A stretch of DNA of 64,000 nt from Parcubacteria group bacterium GW2011_GWC2_48_17. Lineage in GTDB: Bacteria; Patescibacteriota; Minisyncoccia; Phycocordibacterales; UBA10002. The notes beneath the pieces were generated by a model. That model did not search any database, was not told where the DNA came from, and saw nothing but the letters and a program-made list of their open reading frames with translations. This document shows, in pieces, positions 57,912-64,000 of the stretch. Position numbers and translations under genes: made by a program. The first letter of the stretch is position 1, and every line of letters begins with the position of its first letter. The DNA is taken from contig LCPL01000001.1 of the NCBI GenBank assembly GCA_001003605.1, forward strand, positions 7,976-71,975, written 5' to 3'.

Positions 57912-58346
57912 ATGTTAATTGGCGAATATACCCACACCGTAGACGATAAGAATCGGCTTTCACTACCCGCCAAATTTCGGGCTGAGATGGGGAAGAAGAT
58001 AGTGCTGACGCGAGGGCTCGACAGATGCGTGGCGATTTTCACGAAAAAGGAGTGGGAAAAGATTGCGGCCAAGCTCTCGGAGTCCAGTATGCTACAAGCT
58101 GACAGTCGGAGCTTTAACCGTTTTATGTTCGGAGGGGCCGTTGAGACTGAAGTTGATTCCATCGGGCGCGTACTCATTCCGGATTTCTTGAAAGAGTGGG
58201 GAAGTCTCGGGACGAAAGTAGTCGTCATCGGAGTGCAAAACCGAGTTGAGATTTGGAACGAGAGGGCCTGGGAAGCCAATAAAGAGACGATTGAGAAGCA
58301 GGCAGATACGCTGGCGGAGAAGTTGGGCCAAGTGGGCGTACTCTAA
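57912..58346 (+). CDS. mraZ: Transcriptional regulator MraZ
   Basis: MLIGEYTHTVDDKNRLSLPAKFR......GLDRC...........SIGRVLIP are the duplicated MraZ motifs. 144 aa, at the head of the dcw cluster. Confidence 0.85.
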   Translation: MLIGEYTHTVDDKNRLSLPAKFRAEMGKKIVLTRGLDRCVAIFTKKEWEKIAAKLSESSMLQADSRSFNRFMFGGAVETEVDSIGRVLIPDFLKEWGSLGTKVVVIGVQNRVEIWNERAWEANKETIEKQADTLAEKLGQVGVL

Positions 58347-58434
58347 GAAGAGCAGAACAATTGACCATTAACATTTAACAATTGACCACAATGCAATAAA
58401 AGGTAGTTTCTTCGAGTCAAATGTTAATTGTCAC

Positions 58435-59409
58435 ATGTCAATGGCGCACATACCTGTTCTTTTACAAGAAGTCATCGAAGGTTTGCAGATAAGGAACGGC
58501 GACTTTGTTCTTGACGCCACGGTTGGGGGCGGAGGACACAGTGAGGCGTTGTGCCGTGCCATAGGCAAAGATACTCAGCGACCAAGCTCCTATCCACGAG
58601 GGTCGAGGCTCTCGAGAGCGGGGCTAACGACGTTCATTTGCCTAGACGCGGACGAAGATGCGATAAACAGAAGCCGTCAAAGACTCGAGGATTGCGTACG
58701 CCGGCAGGATTGTCAGGACTGCAACTTTCTTTTTGAGAGGACCAACTACCGCGAGCTTGATAAAGCTCTCGCGGGATTTGGTGTCAGAGGCATCAATCGA
58801 GTGCTCTTTGACCTCGGACTGTCCAGTTTCCAGCTTGAGGAGAGCGGAAGAGGATTCTCATTCATGCGCGACGAGCCGCTCGAAATGACCTTTGAGAAAA
58901 ATCCAGAAAAAAGCGCGGTTACAGCGAAGACGATTGTGAACGAATGGAGCGAGGAAACGATTGCGACGCTACTAGAAAGTTATGGAGACGAAAGACATGC
59001 GAGGAGCATTGCAAGGAAAATCGTGGAGGCGAGGGAACACACGCTCATCTCCACGACCTTCCAGCTTGCGTCGCTGGTTGCGTCGGTTGTGAGGCGGAGG
59101 GGCAGGATTCATCCCGCTACAAAAACCTTTCAGGCGCTTCGTATCGCGGTTAACGATGAATTTCAGGGGCTCAAGGACGGGATATCCAAGGCGTGGGAAG
59201 CATTGCTCCCGATGGGACGAATTGCAGTCATTTCTTTTCAAAGTTTAGAGGACCGCCTGGTCAAGAATTTTTTTAGAGAACTTAACAAAACTGGAGCTGG
59301 AAAATTGATAAACAAAAAACCGATCGTGCCGACAGAAGGTGAATTGGCAAGCAATCCTCGGTCTCGAAGCGCGAAGTTGCGGATCATAGAAAAGATAAAG
59401 AATATCTAA
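58435..59409 (+). CDS. rsmH: 16S rRNA (cytosine1402-N4)-methyltransferase RsmH, with an insertion after motif I
   Basis: HIPVLLQEVIEGL...DATVGGGGHSEAL...FDLGLSSFQLE...TFQALRIAVNDE. Confidence 0.8.
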   Translation: MSMAHIPVLLQEVIEGLQIRNGDFVLDATVGGGGHSEALCRAIGKDTQRPSSYPRGSRLSRAGLTTFICLDADEDAINRSRQRLEDCVRRQDCQDCNFLFERTNYRELDKALAGFGVRGINRVLFDLGLSSFQLEESGRGFSFMRDEPLEMTFEKNPEKSAVTAKTIVNEWSEETIATLLESYGDERHARSIARKIVEAREHTLISTTFQLASLVASVVRRRGRIHPATKTFQALRIAVNDEFQGLKDGISKAWEALLPMGRIAVISFQSLEDRLVKNFFRELNKTGAGKLINKKPIVPTEGELASNPRSRSAKLRIIEKIKNI

Positions 59410-59529
59410 TTTCGAATACCAAATATCGAAAAATATCGAATTCTTAAATATTAAACTATTCGAAATTAAGATTTTTTTCGAGATTCGAAGTTGGATATTC
59501 GAGATTAAATAGGAAATATTTTACGGAAG

Positions 59530-59856
59530 ATGAAAACGATAAAGAAAAATCTGAAGCGATTTGAAAAACACGGCAAGAAGCTTTTTTGGTCTTTGGCCTG
59601 TCTTTTGCTGTTGGCTACCTCATTCTATGTATATTTAATGAATACCGCTGCGCTCAACGGCGTGCGTTGGGAAGGAGCCGAGAAGGAAATTATGTCTATC
59701 GAAGCCACAGTGTCAGAGCTTGAATCAGAGTACCTTTCTTTAAAGCAATCGGTGACTCTTTCCACGGCATATGCCATGGGGTTTGAAGATGTGAAAGCCA
59801 TTAAATTCATTTCAGCCAAGAAGGTTGGCACTGTGGCCGCAGTAAATGAAATCTAA
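59530..59856 (+). CDS. ftsL: Cell-division protein FtsL-like (single TM plus coiled coil)
   Basis: 108 aa. TM LFWSLACLLLLATSFYVYLM, then a coiled coil. Position is between rsmH and the PBP gene. Confidence 0.55.
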   Translation: MKTIKKNLKRFEKHGKKLFWSLACLLLLATSFYVYLMNTAALNGVRWEGAEKEIMSIEATVSELESEYLSLKQSVTLSTAYAMGFEDVKAIKFISAKKVGTVAAVNEI

Positions 59857-59953
59857 GAGACTGTCTGAAAAGCTATCGCAATCCAAAGCCGCGCCAGATT
59901 CGAGGAAAAAACGGTGAAGACAAGGGAGGTGTAGACCGCTACTCCGACCGAGG

Positions 59954-61714
59954 ATGAGTCGTTTTTTACCGAATCTGGCGCGGCGACGATGCGAAATGGC
60001 TTCAACAATAATTTCCATGGTAGCTTTTCAGACAGTTTCTAACCCCAAATTCTTGTTTCGCGCGCGGCTTATAAGCGTAATGTGTGTTGCCGCCGCTTTT
60101 CTTCTGCTGGCTCAATTGTATTCAGTGCAAATTGTGAACGGGAGCGAGTACTCCGAAAAAGCAGAACGGCAATACTCGCGCCCAAATCAGGAACTCTGGA
60201 GCAGAGGCTCCATTTTCTTTTCAACGCGAAGCGGCGAACTCGTATCAGCCGCCACGCTCAAAACGGGTTTTACGCTAGTTATCCGTCAGAGTGAGATAAC
60301 CGATAGAGAGGCCGTGTGGAACGCTCTTTCAAGGTATGTTGCTCTTGATAAAGATGATTTTCTTGCAAAGATGTCAAAGCGCTCTCACGGAGGTGAGGAG
60401 AGAATAGCTCGCAAACTCGGAACTGACGTCGCTCCTTTAATTGATAAGTTAGGATTGAAGGGGGTCTACTTATACAAAGAAAGATGGCGCTTTTATCCAG
60501 GCGGACGTCTTTCGGCGAATCTCTTGGGTTTCGTCGGATTCGACGGCGACATTCTCTTAGGTCAGTATGGGTTGGAGCGTTACTACAATGACACTCTATC
60601 TCGCGACTCCGGCGGCCTATACAAGAACTTTTTTGCCGAGATTTTTTCCGGCGTCAAAAAAGCTGTCGGACCTGGCCGCTCCGAAGGGGACATAGTTACC
60701 TCGATTGAACCGAGCGTGGAAAGCTTTCTTGAAAATACTCTTGCCGAGCTTCAAGAAACCTTTACCGCGAATCGCGTAGGGGGAATAATTATGGATCCTA
60801 GCACCGGTCGCATCTATGGAATGGCGCTTTCTCCGTCTTTTGACCCAAACAGTTATGGCAAGGTGGAAAGTGTTTACGAGATGGGTTCCATCATAAAGCC
60901 AATTACGATAGCAGTCGGACTTGATGCCAAGGTCATAACCGCCACCAGCACTTACTACGATGCCGGTTTTTTGACGCTAAACAATAAAACCATCTCCAAC
61001 TTTGACGGCAAAGGCCGCGGAAGAGTTTCTATGCAGGAAGTGCTTAACCAATCGCTCAATACCGGAGCTGTTACTGTCGCGCTTAAACTTGGCAAGGATA
61101 ATTTTCGCGAGTACTTTAAAAAGTTCGGACTCGGTGAGGAAACCGGGATAGACCTTCCTGCGGAAGCGGCTGGTCTTGTGAGGAACCTGGAAAGCGGCAG
61201 GGATATTGAGCTTGCCACCGCCTCATACGGCCAGGGCATCGCCCTTACTCCCATTCAAACCGTGCGCGCCCTTTCCGCGCTCGGGAACGGCGGATATCTT
61301 GTAACGCCGCATATTGTGACGGAAATAAAATATAAAACAGGCGTGCGCCGTTCCGTCGAAAGCAGCGATAGAAAACAGATTTTAAAGCCGGAAACATCAA
61401 CGGAGATTTCACGCATGCTCGTAGAGGTTGTAGACACCGCGCTTTTGCATGGCGCGTACAAAATGGAACGCCACAGCATCGCTGCCAAGACAGGGACCGC
61501 GCTTATCGCCAATCCGGACGGAGGAGGATACTATGAAGACAGATTTCTGCACTCGTTTTTCGGGTATTTCCCGGCGTATAATCCAAGCTTCATCGTCTTT
61601 CTGTATGCAGTTGAACCTAAGGGAGTAGAGTTCGCGTCAGCTTCTCTTACAGCGCCATTCATGAACATCGCGAAATTTTTGATAAACTATTACGAAATCC
61701 CACCAGACCGGTAG
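59954..61714 (+). CDS. ftsI: Penicillin-binding protein (FtsI-type transpeptidase of the dcw cluster). An internal start is possible.
   Basis: SxxK (GSIIKPI), SxN (SLNTG), KTGTA. N-terminal TM. Follows ftsL. Confidence 0.7.
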   Translation: MSRFLPNLARRRCEMASTIISMVAFQTVSNPKFLFRARLISVMCVAAAFLLLAQLYSVQIVNGSEYSEKAERQYSRPNQELWSRGSIFFSTRSGELVSAATLKTGFTLVIRQSEITDREAVWNALSRYVALDKDDFLAKMSKRSHGGEERIARKLGTDVAPLIDKLGLKGVYLYKERWRFYPGGRLSANLLGFVGFDGDILLGQYGLERYYNDTLSRDSGGLYKNFFAEIFSGVKKAVGPGRSEGDIVTSIEPSVESFLENTLAELQETFTANRVGGIIMDPSTGRIYGMALSPSFDPNSYGKVESVYEMGSIIKPITIAVGLDAKVITATSTYYDAGFLTLNNKTISNFDGKGRGRVSMQEVLNQSLNTGAVTVALKLGKDNFREYFKKFGLGEETGIDLPAEAAGLVRNLESGRDIELATASYGQGIALTPIQTVRALSALGNGGYLVTPHIVTEIKYKTGVRRSVESSDRKQILKPETSTEISRMLVEVVDTALLHGAYKMERHSIAAKTGTALIANPDGGGYYEDRFLHSFFGYFPAYNPSFIVFLYAVEPKGVEFASASLTAPFMNIAKFLINYYEIPPDR

Positions 61715-62043
61715 GGGAAGCGTTTAGTCCGCTAGCTGGCGGATAGCGTTTAGCGTTTAGTTGAAAAGTGTCACCGAATATTCCCTAAATCTCCTTTCTC
61801 TTTCTACATTCCTGTCTACGTGGGTAGCCTACTTTCTACCTACTACTCTCTGCTCACTGTGGATAAAGGTGTGGATAAGCCTATTGACAAAACACTAAAT
61901 GGATATATGGTATAACATAGTATTTGGCTCATTGGAAAACCATTCGTTCGGCCGTTCCACAAGGTCAGCAGTATCAGCATATGATGACTTTGCGGAGCGG
62001 CCGAAAACAACAAACAACAACGGTCGCCACACAGAAAGGCACC

Positions 62044-62643
62044 ATGAAAAAGACAGTACTAGTAACAGCGGCCGCAATGGCTTTTATTGCCCTGTTGGCC
62101 AGCGGGTGCGGAAGCACACAAGTCAGCAAAGCTCCCGCCAGCAATCAACCCGGCTTAGCTGGGACAACGCATCCTTCTCCGGAGAAGGCGGTTCCGGGAC
62201 TTGTGAACATCGGCCCCAAGATGTCGCCACAGGAGGTGGCGACGAAACTCATCAAAGGGGAGACTACCCTGGCTGAGGTTAATGTCCTCCTTGGGCCTCC
62301 ACAAGATGCGGTGATGACAGGGAGTGAGAACGGACAGACCGTGGTGTACCGGTGGAGAAAGGAGCTTGCAGAGGAGCCATGGATCGATATGAAGGAGACG
62401 GTAACTTCAAGCCTCCCCGGGCCGTTTTCGCTCATATCTGCTTTCGGAGTCAAGAAAAAGGTCGCCGATCGTAAGGCGCAGATGGCGGCGGTGAAAGACT
62501 CATTCAGGAGCCTGACGCTGGAGTTTGACGATAATGGAAAGCTGAAACGATTTTTGTTCAGCCCACCAGTCGTTACGACACCGGTGTCATCTTCGGAGGC
62601 GATCTCTCCACCGTCGCTGGTTGCGACGACGCCAGCTCGCTGA
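62044..62643 (+). CDS. Putative lipoprotein
   Basis: MKKTVLVTAAAMAFIALLASGC is a lipobox. The start was moved to Met 62044 within ORF 61924..62643. Confidence 0.45.
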   Translation: MKKTVLVTAAAMAFIALLASGCGSTQVSKAPASNQPGLAGTTHPSPEKAVPGLVNIGPKMSPQEVATKLIKGETTLAEVNVLLGPPQDAVMTGSENGQTVVYRWRKELAEEPWIDMKETVTSSLPGPFSLISAFGVKKKVADRKAQMAAVKDSFRSLTLEFDDNGKLKRFLFSPPVVTTPVSSSEAISPPSLVATTPAR

Positions 62644-62668
62644 GGAAGAAATTGGTTTTTCAGGCAGA

Positions 62669-62706
62669 ACGTCCACTACCACCTTGGTAGTGGACGCTTT
62701 TTATTT
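62669..62706 (+). terminator. Intrinsic terminator
   Basis: cgtccactacca cctt ggtagtggacg ctttttattt. Confidence 0.6.
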
Positions 62707-62763
62707 GTTCGTATCCGTGTCCGTAACCATTTTCTAGCAAGCTAAAAAGCTAGTTCGCTAAGG

Positions 62764-63924
62764 TTAGATTTCCTGATAGTTAGGATTACCCTGCACTCTA
62801 ATCGCGGAGGAACACTCTGACGACTCCGAAAGCCCAACCAGAGACACTGTAGCGCTCTTCAATCCAGAAGTTCTATACACCTTAGTAATGACCTGTTCGT
62901 CTCCAGAAAGGTTGTCATCACCCGACCATTCATAAGTATAATTGCCGGCCGGATTGGGCACAGCCGTCCATGTGACAGTCTCTCCCATCCTTATAACTTG
63001 CGGACTTCCACTGCATGTAAGGGAATCAGGCGCTGGCCGAGGTATGACATTCACTGGCGTAGGCGACTGTTTTGTAACAGGCAAACAATTGGGCGCCGAA
63101 ACTGTAACCGTGGCGTCGTAACTCCCCAGGCTTTCATATGTGTGTGTTACCGTTTGCCCTGTCCCGCTCAAAGAATCGTCTCCAGTCCAAGAATAACTGA
63201 AAGGCCCGTGGCACTCTCCGAAAGGAGTCGCCGTCCAAGTTACATCCCCGCCCGGGTAGGATGGGTTGGGCGCTGGAACAACAGTCGTGTCAATCTCCGG
63301 CTCCGCTGCACATTTGGTTGCGTTGACGGTATTGGAATTATCTGAACGGCTGGAACCGGCAACGGCAACAACATAATAGGAATGCGTTCCCGCCGTTGCC
63401 GCGGAATCAGTGTAACTGAGCTGGTTAGCGGTTACCTCGGCTAAAATTATGCCATCGCGATAAATCTCGTAACCTTCAGCGCCCAACACCGCACTCCAAT
63501 CCAATTTAATATCGTCTAAACAATCACTGCCACCTTCGCCGCCCGGGCCGGGACCCTCGGTCGGCTCATCCAATACCGGCGCGTCGAGCGACGACTCGTC
63601 AACAATAATTCTTATATAACCGCTCGTCCAGTGGTGGACGTCAAAGTAGTAATTATCAACCTTGATGTCAATCCGATAAGTTCCCGGCTCCGAAGGGGCT
63701 GTAAGCGGAAAGGAGTATGACTGGGTGATAACGTTGTCTCCCTCTGGGATCTCGGATATATATGTTTTGGTCTCGCCATCCAAGACAATGGTCCATGTGG
63801 TCACGCCAATGCCGATCGCATTTGAGCAATACTGATAGGTTTGCCTTACTTCCAAATTGAAAGCAGCGTCGGGAGTAAGATGGCTCCTATCAATTGGATT
63901 GTTCACGAATACGTCGGGCTCCAA
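62764..63924 (-). CDS. Cell-surface repeat protein, paralogous to 37993..39237. It may extend past the window end.
   Basis: Repeats with FSYSWTGDDSLSG...H.Y...G and YTYEWSGDDNLSG...KVY...G. This is the same Y.WSG.D.LSG Ig/PKD-like repeat as 37993..39237. Confidence 0.45.
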   Translation of the reverse strand: MEPDVFVNNPIDRSHLTPDAAFNLEVRQTYQYCSNAIGIGVTTWTIVLDGETKTYISEIPEGDNVITQSYSFPLTAPSEPGTYRIDIKVDNYYFDVHHWTSGYIRIIVDESSLDAPVLDEPTEGPGPGGEGGSDCLDDIKLDWSAVLGAEGYEIYRDGIILAEVTANQLSYTDSAATAGTHSYYVVAVAGSSRSDNSNTVNATKCAAEPEIDTTVVPAPNPSYPGGDVTWTATPFGECHGPFSYSWTGDDSLSGTGQTVTHTYESLGSYDATVTVSAPNCLPVTKQSPTPVNVIPRPAPDSLTCSGSPQVIRMGETVTWTAVPNPAGNYTYEWSGDDNLSGDEQVITKVYRTSGLKSATVSLVGLSESSECSSAIRVQGNPNYQEI

Positions 63925-64000
63925 ATCGTACGTAGAACTACTGCATCCGGTGAACGTGCCTCCCGTGAATGTACACCTCGCTTGGGCAACTTCCGGTGCC

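Noticed and set aside
1-64000. CRISPR array, rRNA and tRNA genes
   Set aside because: No regularly spaced direct repeats with unique spacers. No rRNA-like conserved stretches. No convincing cloverleaf was found by eye.

Overview
This window reads as a reduced, CPR/Patescibacteria-like genome with housekeeping blocks, three accessory regions and several intergenic repeat families.

Housekeeping genes (all + strand):
- gyrA
- mreB, holB, frr, rseP, proS
- a second mreB followed by mreC, a short mreD candidate and PBP2
- greA, lysS
- a dcw block: mraZ, rsmH, ftsL, ftsI

Accessory region 1 (1-7.7 kb, minus strand) is a mobile-element-like block:
- an edge-truncated serine recombinase
- a P4/D5-type primase-helicase
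- a winged-helix regulator
- a GmrSD-like DUF262/DUF1524 nuclease
- a Rad52-like annealing protein
- two ArdC-N-like paralogs

Accessory region 2 (12-18.6 kb) is a defence-like block:
- Type III restriction-modification mod and res genes
- an unknown ORF
- an M23 peptidase
- a NYN-domain protein

Accessory region 3 (28-36 kb) is the most unusual. It holds seven tandem, diverged paralogs of a small secreted two-transmembrane protein with TrbC/VirB2-pilin-like architecture. Interspersed with them are:
- a GIY-YIG nuclease
- two four-helix-bundle (IVS/Avd-family) genes
- a RelE/ParE toxin-antitoxin pair
- MITE-like elements

From 36 to 42.7 kb there is a visibly GC-richer island encoding lipoprotein, surface and membrane proteins. 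A HepT/MntA toxin-antitoxin pair follows it.

Non-coding repeat families seen:
- GTAGAAGG/CTACCTTC runs
- AGCTGCTAGGTTCTAG motifs
- TAGGACTTACGC-terminated MITEs
- a TAGCA..CTCACGGCCGTGAG..TGCTA palindrome
- a long CA-rich/TG-rich palindrome

No CRISPR array, rRNA or convincing tRNA was found. All protein-family calls come from motif recognition by eye, without any database search.
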